From contig CAYPLR010000001.1 in assembly GCA_964411675.1 (NCBI GenBank), forward strand, positions 14,559 through 78,558: a DNA stretch of 64,000 bases. The letters run 5' to 3'. Origin of the DNA: an uncultured Bacteroidales bacterium (GTDB lineage Bacteria > Bacillota_I > Bacilli_A > ML615J-28 > CAG-698). The number at the start of each line of letters is the position of its first letter. Within the stretch, counting starts at the first letter, position 1. Positions 17,757 to 26,722 of this stretch are shown here, piece by piece. Both the position numbers and the translations under genes were made by a program. The notes under the pieces were generated by a model. It was not told where the DNA came from, ran no database searches, and saw nothing but the letters and a program-made list of their open reading frames with translations.

Positions 17757-17957
17757 ATGCCAAAAATGAAGACTCATTGCGGTACTAAGAAACGTTTAAA
17801 AATATCTGCAACTGGAAAGGTTATGCGTGGACGTCCAGGAACAAGCCACTTAGCACCTGGAAAGACTCAAAAGAGAATTCGTCATTTACGTAAAGGATCA
17901 ACAGTATCTGCAGCTGATTTAGGCCGCATTAAACAACAAGTAGCAAATTTAAAATAA
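17757..17957 (+). CDS. rpmI: 50S ribosomal protein L35
   Basis: 66 aa, MPKMKTHCGTKKRLKISATGKV..., typical L35. Confidence 0.95.
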   Translation: MPKMKTHCGTKKRLKISATGKVMRGRPGTSHLAPGKTQKRIRHLRKGSTVSAADLGRIKQQVANLK

Positions 17958-17991
17958 AAGAAGAATAAAAAGATAAAAGGAGGTAATTTTT

Positions 17992-18348
17992 ATGCCACGT
18001 ACTAAGGGTGGAGTCGTTTCAAGAAGAAGACGCAATAGAGTTTTAAAATTAGCCAAAGGTTATTTTGGTTCAAAACATACATTATATAGAACAGCCAATC
18101 AGCAAGTAATGAAATCACTTGCTTATGCATATCGCGATCGTAAGAGAAGAAAACGCGATTTCCGTAAATTATGGATTACTCGTATTAATGCTGCAGCAAG
18201 ATTAAACGGCTTATCATACAATAAATTAATGTTTGGTTTGAGAAAAGTAAATATCGATATCAATCGTAAGATGCTTTCAGAAATCGCAATTAATGACGCA
18301 ACAGGCTTTGCTGTAATTTGTGATAAAGTAAAAGAAGCGACAAAATAA
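17992..18348 (+). CDS. rplT: 50S ribosomal protein L20
   Basis: 118 aa, [29 protein letters not shown]..., typical L20. Confidence 0.95.
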   Translation: MPRTKGGVVSRRRRNRVLKLAKGYFGSKHTLYRTANQQVMKSLAYAYRDRKRRKRDFRKLWITRINAAARLNGLSYNKLMFGLRKVNIDINRKMLSEIAINDATGFAVICDKVKEATK

Positions 18349-18350
18349 AC

Positions 18351-18376
18351 ACAGGTCAAAGACCTGTTTTTTTTAT
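18351..18376 (+). terminator. rho-independent terminator after rplT
   Basis: acaggtc-aaa-gacctgt followed by tttttttt. Confidence 0.85.
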
Positions 18377-18449
18377 CAATTTTATTTTTGTAAGTGTTTA
18401 CACAAATGGGGAATCATGATAAAATATGAGTATGGAAAAGGAGTAAAAT

Positions 18450-20090
18450 ATGTATATAGTAAAATATAATAATAAAGAATATCAATTTGAAGAAAAAATT
18501 ACCTTAAAGGATCTAGCTAAGAAATTTGATGTTGAAGCGTATGTAGCAAAGGTGAATAATCGCTTACGAGAACTTAATTTCTATTTAAATTTTAATTGCA
18601 CAGTGGAGTTTCTTGATTTAACTAATTTTGATACAGTTAGAGTTTATGAAACGAGCCTGCGTTATTTGATTATCATGGCTTTAGAAAGGTTGTATCCTAA
18701 TATTAGTGTTGAATTTAACCAATGTGTTTCTCGATCAATCTCATGCAACGTGTTGGGAATTGAGGGAAAGGTTGATACAAAGTTTCTTATCACTTTAGAA
18801 GAAGAGATGCGCAAAATCGTAGCTGCTGATTACCCCATCATCAGAAAGACCATTCCTAAAGCAGAAGCGATTGAAATTTACAAGAAAAAAGGATACTTAG
18901 ATAAAAATGAAGTATTGAAATATCGAGAGGAAGAGGAAGTAAACATTTATGTTTGCGACAATTATATCAATTATTTATTTGGATATATGGTTCCTTCCAC
19001 TGGCTTTTTAAGTAAATTTCAGTTGAGATTATACCATCCGGGATTTCTGGTTCAATTTCCACGAGCAGAAAAAGGAGGAAAAATTCCTACCTTTGAGGAT
19101 TCACCAAGTTTTGGTAAAATGTTAAGAGAAGCCCGCAATTGGGCAAAAATGTGTGAAGCTGATCGTATCCCTTTACTGAACACTCATGCCACTGAGGCGA
19201 GTGTAATTGATTTGGTAAACATCTGTGAAACAAAACATAATAATATGCTTGCAGAATTAGGGGAAATTATAAAGAAGGACATCGAAAATATTCGTTTGAT
19301 CTGTATCGCTGGCCCTTCCTCATCAGGGAAAACAACATTTTCTCATAGATTAAGAATAGAGTTAATGTCACGAGGAGTTAAACCACTTAAAATCTCAATG
19401 GATGACTATTATCTTGATCGCGATAAAGCTCCCCTTGATGAATATGGGGAACCTGATTTGGAACATGTAAATGCGCTAGACATAGAATTATTCAATGATA
19501 ATTTATTGTCATTAATTCAAGGAGAAGAAGTACAATTACCAATCTTTGATTTCAAATTAGGGAAACGAGTAATTGGACCAAAAACACGTATTTCTAAGGA
19601 TACTCCAATCATTATTGAAGGAATTCATGCTTTGAATGAAGAAGTAACAAAACTAATTCCAAAGCATCAAAAGTTTAAGATCTATATTAGTCCACTATCA
19701 CAAATTAAAATCGATAATCATAATCCGATTCCAGCAACAGAAATACGATTATTGCGTCGAATCGTGAGAGATTCAAAATATCGTCAAACTCCCCCAGCAA
19801 ATACCTTTGCGATGTGGCCATCTGTTAGAAGGGGAGAATTTAAGTGGATTTATCCTTATCAAGAACAAGCAGATTATATCTTTAACTCTGAGCTTACTTA
19901 TGAATTAGCAGTTATGAAAAAATATGCACTCCCTGCTCTAGAAGCAATTGGTCGTAATGATGAATATTTTATTTCAGCAAACCATTTAGTTAAATTCTTA
20001 AAATATATAAAGGATATCGATGATCGCTATGTTCCATGTAATTCTTTGTTACGTGAATTCATTGGAAATAGTTGTTTCTATGATGTATAA
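18450..20090 (+). CDS. TGS-like N-terminal domain fused to uridine kinase/phosphoribulokinase-family nucleoside kinase
   Basis: 546 aa. The N-terminal region is ThrRS-N/TGS-like, and the C-terminal half has P-loop LICIAGPSSSGKTTFSHRL and a uridine-kinase-like fold. Confidence 0.7.
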   Translation: MYIVKYNNKEYQFEEKITLKDLAKKFDVEAYVAKVNNRLRELNFYLNFNCTVEFLDLTNFDTVRVYETSLRYLIIMALERLYPNISVEFNQCVSRSISCNVLGIEGKVDTKFLITLEEEMRKIVAADYPIIRKTIPKAEAIEIYKKKGYLDKNEVLKYREEEEVNIYVCDNYINYLFGYMVPSTGFLSKFQLRLYHPGFLVQFPRAEKGGKIPTFEDSPSFGKMLREARNWAKMCEADRIPLLNTHATEASVIDLVNICETKHNNMLAELGEIIKKDIENIRLICIAGPSSSGKTTFSHRLRIELMSRGVKPLKISMDDYYLDRDKAPLDEYGEPDLEHVNALDIELFNDNLLSLIQGEEVQLPIFDFKLGKRVIGPKTRISKDTPIIIEGIHALNEEVTKLIPKHQKFKIYISPLSQIKIDNHNPIPATEIRLLRRIVRDSKYRQTPPANTFAMWPSVRRGEFKWIYPYQEQADYIFNSELTYELAVMKKYALPALEAIGRNDEYFISANHLVKFLKYIKDIDDRYVPCNSLLREFIGNSCFYDV

Positions 20091-20095
20091 AAAGT

Positions 20096-20593
20096 ATGAG
20101 AGAAATAAAAACAAGACAATTAAACGATAATCTTTTTGAAGTGATGAAAAGTGAATGGGCACTATTAACTGCCGGGTCTTTAGACAAATTTAATACCATG
20201 ACCATTGGCTGGTTAACGGGAGGTATCATTTGGGGTAAGGATGTGATTACTTGTTATGTACGTCCAAGTCGCTACACCTATGAGTTTATGCAGGACAATG
20301 ATTTATTCACAATTAGCTTCTATCATCCACAGTATCGTAATAGATTGTCCCATCTAGGAACCCATAGTGGTCGTGATGAAGATAAAGTGAAAATGGTGGA
20401 TTTTCATCCCATTGAACTTGATCACACAGTCAGTTTCGAGGAAGCAAGAATGACAATCGTATGTAAGAAAATATATGACCAAGCAATGGATGAAACCCAG
20501 ATGCAAACATTTGGAATAGAACGATATTATCCTCGTGGGGATTATCATCGCTTTTACATTGGTGAAATTATCAAGATATACGTGAAAGATTAA
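20096..20593 (+). CDS. flavin reductase-like / FMN-binding split-barrel family protein
   Basis: 165 aa. The pattern NTMTIGWLTGGIIWGKDVITCYVRP resembles flavin-reductase-like domain proteins. Confidence 0.45.
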   Translation: MREIKTRQLNDNLFEVMKSEWALLTAGSLDKFNTMTIGWLTGGIIWGKDVITCYVRPSRYTYEFMQDNDLFTISFYHPQYRNRLSHLGTHSGRDEDKVKMVDFHPIELDHTVSFEEARMTIVCKKIYDQAMDETQMQTFGIERYYPRGDYHRFYIGEIIKIYVKD

Positions 20594-20602
20594 GGAGAAA
20601 AA

Positions 20603-20959
20603 ATGAAAACAATAGGTAATATTTTATGGTTTATTTTAATTGGATTATTAAGTAGTATTTATTGGGTCATTACAGGATTATTGTTATTCATTACCATTAT
20701 TGGAATTCCTTTTGGAAGCCAATGCTTTAAAATTGCTGGTTTAACACTTTTTCCTTTTGGTAAAGAGATTGATACAAATTTTGGAGCGCACCCTATTGCT
20801 AATATTTTATGGATTGTCATCTTTGGATGGGAAATTGCTATAGGGTATGTCATTGCTGGTCTTATTTTATGCATTACAATAATAGGAATCCCTTTTGGTA
20901 AGCAATGTTTTAAATTAGCACAATTATCATTTTTCCCATTTGGCGCAAAAATTAATTAA
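20603..20959 (+). CDS. YccF-like inner membrane protein (DUF307), internally duplicated
   Basis: 118 aa with two copies of the motif I(T/I)IIGIPFG(S/K)QCFK(I/L)A...FPFG(K/A)(E/K)I. Confidence 0.7.
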   Translation: MKTIGNILWFILIGLLSSIYWVITGLLLFITIIGIPFGSQCFKIAGLTLFPFGKEIDTNFGAHPIANILWIVIFGWEIAIGYVIAGLILCITIIGIPFGKQCFKLAQLSFFPFGAKIN

Positions 20960-21093
20960 GAGAAGGAGAGAAATCTCTTTCTTTTTGATAGGAGAAAAAA
21001 GGAATCCTTGAAAACCTTTTCACATTTATAAGAAAAGATTGTAACGATTGAATAAAAATTGGTTTTATTGTATAATATACAATGAGGTAGTTT

Positions 21094-22944
21094 ATGAATA
21101 AGAACATAATAAATGATTTTCATACTAGTTTTACTTGTGATGCTTATGAATATTTTGGATCTCACTACGACAACCAAACACAGAGTGTTGTTTTTCGTGT
21201 TTATGCACCTCACGCTGAAAAAGTAGCGGTTGTTGGTGATTTTAATGACTGGAAATCTAATGCTCATCCAATGAAAAAAATCACAAAAGAAGGAGTATGG
21301 GAAGCAGTTGTTAATCCGATTGCTATTTATGAAAATTATAAGTATGCCTTAACCCATCGAGGAAAAACATTTCTAAAACAAGACCCTTATGCTTATCATA
21401 ACCAAACCAATGGAGAAACCTCATCAAAAGTTTATCAACTTGATGGTTTCGATTGGACAGATCAAGCATGGCTAGAACAAAGAAATAACACGGGAACTTA
21501 CAGTAAGCCCGTTAATATTTATGAAGTAAACTTAGGCTCGTGGCAGCGATATAAGGATGGGAACTTTTATAACTATCGCCGTTTAGCGGATAAACTAATT
21601 CCTTATGTAAAGAAAATGGGATTTACTCATATTGAGATTATGCCCTTAACAGAATTTCCTTTTGATGGTTCATGGGGATATCAAGTAACAGGATATTTTA
21701 GTATCACTTCTCGTTATGGTATTCCAAAAGATTTCATGTATTTTATCAACAAAGCTCATCAAAACAATATTGGTATTATTCTTGATTGGGTTCCTGCTCA
21801 TTTTCCAAAAGATGATTTTGGATTATATGAATTCGATGGGGAAGTCTTATATGAGGATCCTGAACCAACACGTCAGGAGCATCGTTCTTGGGGAACAAGA
21901 ATCTTTAACTTTCAAAAACCAGAAGTAAAATCGTTCTTGATTTCTAGTGCTAAGTTTTTCTTTGATAAATACCATGTGGATGGATTAAGAGTGGACGCTG
22001 TGGCTGCGATGCTATATCTAAACTATGACCGCGATCAATGGAAACCAAATATTCATGGAGGAGTTTATAATCTAGAAGCGATTAACTTTCTTCAGGACTT
22101 GAATACCATTATTTTCCGCTATTATCCTAATGTTATGATGATCGCGGAAGAATCAACCGATTTTGCAAATGTTTCTAAACCAGTTTATATGGGTGGCTTA
22201 GGATTTAATTATAAATGGAACATGGGATGGATGAATGACACCCTAAAGTATATGGAGACAGATCCGTTATTTAGGGTAGATCATCATAATCGTATGACAT
22301 TTTCTATGTATTATGCTTTTAGTGAGAATTTTATTTTACCAATTTCTCATGATGAAGTTGTCCATGGCAAGAAGTCATTACTAGATAAAATGCCTGGTAA
22401 CTATGAAGATAAGTTTGCCAATGTTCGTGCTTATTTAGGATATATGATGACCCATCCAGGGAAAAAACTATTGTTTATGGGTTGTGAATTTGGGCAATTT
22501 ATTGAATGGGATTATAAAAAAGAATTAGATTGGTTATTGCTTGCTTATCCAATGCATCAAAAAATGCAAGAATATGTAGCAAAACTAAATAAAATATATT
22601 TAAAAAAGAGTTGCCTTTGGGAAATTGAAGATTCTTGGGATGGCTTCCAGTGGATTAATGCCGATGATAAAGACAACAACTGTTATACTTATCGTAGAAT
22701 CAATCGACAAAAAAAAGAATTAATCATTGCCATTAATTTTTCAGGAAGAACACTTGATTATTATCGAATGGGTGTCAGAAAAGGTCACTACAAAGAAATC
22801 TTAAATAGTGATTGGCAAGAGTTTGGTGGTTACGATGTAAGAAACGATGTTGTTACCAGCGAAAACATCCATACGAACAATATGAAACACTCGATTGTGA
22901 TTAAAATACCAAAATTATCTATTGTAATATTAGAAAGGATTTAG
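21094..22944 (+). CDS. glgB: 1,4-alpha-glucan branching enzyme (GH13_9, short form)
   Basis: 616 aa with GH13 region motifs DWVPAHF, GLRVDAVAAM and EESTDF, and a CBM48-like N-terminal domain. Confidence 0.9.
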   Translation: MNKNIINDFHTSFTCDAYEYFGSHYDNQTQSVVFRVYAPHAEKVAVVGDFNDWKSNAHPMKKITKEGVWEAVVNPIAIYENYKYALTHRGKTFLKQDPYAYHNQTNGETSSKVYQLDGFDWTDQAWLEQRNNTGTYSKPVNIYEVNLGSWQRYKDGNFYNYRRLADKLIPYVKKMGFTHIEIMPLTEFPFDGSWGYQVTGYFSITSRYGIPKDFMYFINKAHQNNIGIILDWVPAHFPKDDFGLYEFDGEVLYEDPEPTRQEHRSWGTRIFNFQKPEVKSFLISSAKFFFDKYHVDGLRVDAVAAMLYLNYDRDQWKPNIHGGVYNLEAINFLQDLNTIIFRYYPNVMMIAEESTDFANVSKPVYMGGLGFNYKWNMGWMNDTLKYMETDPLFRVDHHNRMTFSMYYAFSENFILPISHDEVVHGKKSLLDKMPGNYEDKFANVRAYLGYMMTHPGKKLLFMGCEFGQFIEWDYKKELDWLLLAYPMHQKMQEYVAKLNKIYLKKSCLWEIEDSWDGFQWINADDKDNNCYTYRRINRQKKELIIAINFSGRTLDYYRMGVRKGHYKEILNSDWQEFGGYDVRNDVVTSENIHTNNMKHSIVIKIPKLSIVILERI

Positions 22945-22951
22945 CTAATCT

Positions 22952-24145
22952 ATGCTTAACAAAAAAGAATGTGTTGCAATGCTTTTAGCAGGTGGTCAAG
23001 GAAGTCGTTTGTATGCTTTAACGAACAAAATCGCTAAACCAGCAGTTAGTTATGGAGCGAAGTATCGTATTATTGATTTTCCATTATCCAATTGTATTAA
23101 TTCTAATATTGATACGGTTGGTGTATTAACACAATATCAACCTTTATTATTGAATGACTATATTGGCAATGGTCAACCATGGGATTTAGATAGAACATTT
23201 GGTGGTGTTCATATTCTTCCTCCTTATCAGGGAAAGAATAAAACAGATTGGTATAAAGGAACAGCAAATGCTATTTATCAAAATATTGATTTTATGAAGC
23301 GATACCACCCTGAATATATCATCATCTTATCAGGAGACCATATTTATAAAATGGATTATAGTAAAATGCTTGATTTCCACAAAGAAAAAAACGCAGAAGC
23401 AACCATTGCTGTAATTGACGTTTCTCTTCAAGAAGCCAGTCGTTTTGGAATTATGAATACCAATCATGAAATGCGAATTCAAGAATTTGAAGAAAAACCA
23501 GCGAAACCAAAAAGTACAAAAGCTTCTATGGGAATCTATATTTTCAACGCGGAAGTATTATATCAATACTTAGAAGCCGATGATGAGAATTCTGAATCAC
23601 AAAATGATTTTGGGAAAAACATTATTCCTTCGATGTTGAAGGATGGCAGGTTGATGTATGCCTATCCTTTTTCTGGATATTGGAAAGATGTTGGAACCAT
23701 TGATAGTTTGTGGGAAGCGAACATGGATTTATTAGGAGAAAAACCACAATTTGACATTTTCGACAAGTCATGGAAAATTTATTCTCGTAATGAAGCTTAT
23801 CCGCCACAATTTATTTGTGAAGGTAGTAAAATAGAAAACTCTTTGTTAACAGTTGGTTGTTATATTGAGGGTTCGATCAAGAATTCATTATTATCACAGA
23901 ATGTTAGAATAGGGAGAAATGCAAAAGTAATAGATAGTATTCTCTTTGATAATGTGATTGTTGAAGAGGGAGCGACGATAGAATATAGTATCATTGCTGA
24001 AAATGTTGTTATTAAAAAACAAGCAAAAATTGGTGAGAGTAAACAAAAAGCCAATAAAATCACTGTAATAGGAAGTGATGTTGCCATCGCTGAAAATAAT
24101 AAAATATCAGCGGGTCAAATGATTGAGAAAGATGTGAGGAAGTAG
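22952..24145 (+). CDS. glgC: glucose-1-phosphate adenylyltransferase
   Basis: 397 aa with the N-terminal [16 protein letters not shown] nucleotide-binding motif and a C-terminal left-handed beta-helix. Confidence 0.9.
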   Translation: MLNKKECVAMLLAGGQGSRLYALTNKIAKPAVSYGAKYRIIDFPLSNCINSNIDTVGVLTQYQPLLLNDYIGNGQPWDLDRTFGGVHILPPYQGKNKTDWYKGTANAIYQNIDFMKRYHPEYIIILSGDHIYKMDYSKMLDFHKEKNAEATIAVIDVSLQEASRFGIMNTNHEMRIQEFEEKPAKPKSTKASMGIYIFNAEVLYQYLEADDENSESQNDFGKNIIPSMLKDGRLMYAYPFSGYWKDVGTIDSLWEANMDLLGEKPQFDIFDKSWKIYSRNEAYPPQFICEGSKIENSLLTVGCYIEGSIKNSLLSQNVRIGRNAKVIDSILFDNVIVEEGATIEYSIIAENVVIKKQAKIGESKQKANKITVIGSDVAIAENNKISAGQMIEKDVRK

Positions 24146-24148
24146 GCT

Positions 24149-25261
24149 ATGTCAGTACTAGGATTAATCTTTTCCAACATTCATAGTAAAGAAGTATTTG
24201 AGATTACCCAAAATAGAACCATTGCTTCTACTCCAATCGGAGGCAGATATCGCTTAATTGACTTTACATTATCATGCATGGTAAACGCAGGAATATCTAA
24301 TATTGGAATTATTACAAAAAGCAATTATCAATCATTGATGGACCATATTGGTAGTGGTAAAGAATGGGACTTAGCTCGTAAGCGTGGAGGCCTTGTGATT
24401 TTACCACCTTATGGAGTCAGTAATTCTGTCTACAATACACGATTAGAAGCCATTAAAAGCATTATTAGTTTTATTAAATACTCCACAGCAGAGTATGTTA
24501 TTTTATCTGATTGCTACCATGTTTGTAATGTCGATTTTAAGGATCTTATCAAATATCATCACGAAAAAGAAGCGGACATTACTTGTGTTTATCATGAATG
24601 TTTGGTTTGTTGTGATGACTTTATGCCAATTAATCGGCTAGCTTTAAATGAAGAAGAACGAGTAGTTGAAATGCAAGCATTACCAACATTTGCTGGAACA
24701 GCAAAAATTTCGATGGATATATGGGTAATGAAGAAAGAACTATTAGAAAAATTAGTTGATGAAGCGATTGTTACCAATTATCGCAGTTTCAATCGTGATA
24801 TTTTAAGTAAAAATTTAAATAATTTAAGAATATATGGATATAAGTTTGAAGGCTATTTCGGAAATATTTCAAGTATTCAAACCTATTATAATGTGAATAA
24901 AAACTTATTAAAAAAAGAGATTAGAGATGAATTATTCTATCAACCAGGACGTTCTATTTATACAAAAGTTAGAGATTCTGCTCCAACAAAATATGGGTTA
25001 CAATCCAAAGTGGTAAACTCTTTAATTGCTGATGGATGCATGATAGAAGGAGAAGTCTATAATTCTGTGATTTTTAGAGGAACGAAGGTTGGAAAAGGTG
25101 CAATTATAAAAGATTCAATTTTGATGCAAGATACTATCATTTCAGAAGGAAAACATTTGGAATATGTGATTACTGATAAAAATGTAGTGATAGAAAACAA
25201 AAAAGAATTGATAGGAAATTCTGAATATCCAATATATGTTAAAAAGGGAGGAATTTTATAA
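24149..25261 (+). CDS. glgD: glycogen biosynthesis protein GlgD (non-catalytic ADP-glucose pyrophosphorylase subunit)
   Basis: 370 aa paralog of GlgC that lacks the GGxGxRL motif (IFSNIHSKEVF...). It sits in the position between glgC and glgA typical of Firmicutes. Confidence 0.85.
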   Translation: MSVLGLIFSNIHSKEVFEITQNRTIASTPIGGRYRLIDFTLSCMVNAGISNIGIITKSNYQSLMDHIGSGKEWDLARKRGGLVILPPYGVSNSVYNTRLEAIKSIISFIKYSTAEYVILSDCYHVCNVDFKDLIKYHHEKEADITCVYHECLVCCDDFMPINRLALNEEERVVEMQALPTFAGTAKISMDIWVMKKELLEKLVDEAIVTNYRSFNRDILSKNLNNLRIYGYKFEGYFGNISSIQTYYNVNKNLLKKEIRDELFYQPGRSIYTKVRDSAPTKYGLQSKVVNSLIADGCMIEGEVYNSVIFRGTKVGKGAIIKDSILMQDTIISEGKHLEYVITDKNVVIENKKELIGNSEYPIYVKKGGIL

Positions 25262-25262
25262 C

Positions 25263-26696
25263 ATGGCCATTAAAAAGATTTTGTATGTAACATCCGAATG
25301 CAAAGGATTTGCGGTAACAGGAGGATTAGCAGAAGTTGCTGGAAGTTTACCTAAGGCAATTATGAAAGCTAATAAGAACTATAAAGTAAAAGTATTGATG
25401 CCTCTTTATAAGACCATTCACGAAAATTATGCTAGTGAACTAACCTTGGTCGGTTCTACAACAGTTGTGTTGGCTTGGAGAAGTGTTTATTGTGGAGTTT
25501 ATACCATCACAAAAGATGATGTAGAATATTACTTTATTGATAATAAGTATTATTTCGACCGCGATCAATTATACGGATACTATGATGATGGAGAACGATT
25601 TGCATATTTTTCCAAAGCTGTTTTTGCAGCAATGGAAGTTATGAAGTTTTATCCTGACTTCATTCATACAAATGATTGGCATACTGCTTTAGTTAATGTA
25701 TATTTAGATATTTTATACAAAAAACAGGGATATTTAATGGATATCAAATCAATCTTTACCATTCATAATATCGAATATCAAGGAATTTATGACAAGTTTT
25801 TCTTGGAAAATGTAATTGGTATTGATGAATCTTATACAGGAATATTAGAATATAATGGATTAATTAATTTGATGAAAGGTGCTATTGTTTGTAGTGATGT
25901 GGTTACTACGGTTAGCCCTAGATATGCAAAAGAAATCTCTACGACAGCCTATGCGTGTGGACTAGAGCATATTATTCGCATTAACAATCAAAAATTATTC
26001 GGAATCATTAATGGTATTGATACTGAATTCTATAATCCAATGACAGATAAAGCATTAAAGGTTAATTATGATATCGATAGTTTTTCTGGAAAACTAGAGA
26101 ATAAGAAAGAATTACAAAAAGCTTTAGGATTAGAAATAAATGAAAACACATGTTTGATTAGTGCGGTTAGCCGTTTAGTACAGCATAAAGGCATTGATTT
26201 AATCGTTGATCGATTTCATGATATTATGAAAGAAAACGTTCAATTTGTCTTATTAGGCACGGGTGATAAGTACTATGAAGATAAGTTTAGAGAGTTTGCA
26301 AGCTGGTATCCTGGACGTGTATCAACCTTAATCACCTTTAATAATCAATTATCAAAACGAATTTATGCAGGTTCAGATTTATTTTTAATGCCATCAAAAA
26401 TGGAACCATGTGGATTAAGTCAAATGATTGCTAGCCGTTATGGAACAGTTCCAATTGTTCGAGCAACAGGTGGACTCTTTGATTCTATTAAAGATTATAG
26501 TAGTGATGGCAATGGTTTTGTTTTTAAAGATTACGATTCGTATAAAATGTTAGAAAAAATAAAGGAAGCTGTTGATTTGTTTCAAAAGCCAGAAGAATTT
26601 GTAAAGTTAGCTAAGAAAGCAATGATGGTAGATTTTACTTGGAATAAATCGGCAAATGATTATATCGAGATGTATCAAAACATCAACAAGAAATAA
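25263..26696 (+). CDS. glgA: glycogen synthase (ADP-glucose type, GT5)
   Basis: Track start 25236 overlaps glgD. ATG at 25263 follows the glgD stop and gives MAIKKILYVTSECKGFAVTGGLAEVAGSLPK, the canonical GlgA N-terminus (KxGGL). Confidence 0.9.
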   Translation: MAIKKILYVTSECKGFAVTGGLAEVAGSLPKAIMKANKNYKVKVLMPLYKTIHENYASELTLVGSTTVVLAWRSVYCGVYTITKDDVEYYFIDNKYYFDRDQLYGYYDDGERFAYFSKAVFAAMEVMKFYPDFIHTNDWHTALVNVYLDILYKKQGYLMDIKSIFTIHNIEYQGIYDKFFLENVIGIDESYTGILEYNGLINLMKGAIVCSDVVTTVSPRYAKEISTTAYACGLEHIIRINNQKLFGIINGIDTEFYNPMTDKALKVNYDIDSFSGKLENKKELQKALGLEINENTCLISAVSRLVQHKGIDLIVDRFHDIMKENVQFVLLGTGDKYYEDKFREFASWYPGRVSTLITFNNQLSKRIYAGSDLFLMPSKMEPCGLSQMIASRYGTVPIVRATGGLFDSIKDYSSDGNGFVFKDYDSYKMLEKIKEAVDLFQKPEEFVKLAKKAMMVDFTWNKSANDYIEMYQNINKK

Positions 26697-26722
26697 TGTA
26701 TTAGAACTAGGAGAGTAACAAT

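Noticed and set aside
21716-21928. 70-aa plus-strand ORF inside glgB. Similar internal ORFs occur in glgC/glgD (23622-23807, 23860-24087, 24592-24777) and amylase (52428-52622).
   Set aside because: They are alternative frames of strongly supported enzyme genes, so they are spurious.
25236-25262. Track start of glgA at ATG 25236 overlapping glgD by 26 nt.
   Set aside because: It has no RBS. ATG 25263 follows GGGAGG and yields the canonical GlgA N-terminus (MAIKKILYVTSEC...), so 25263 is preferred.
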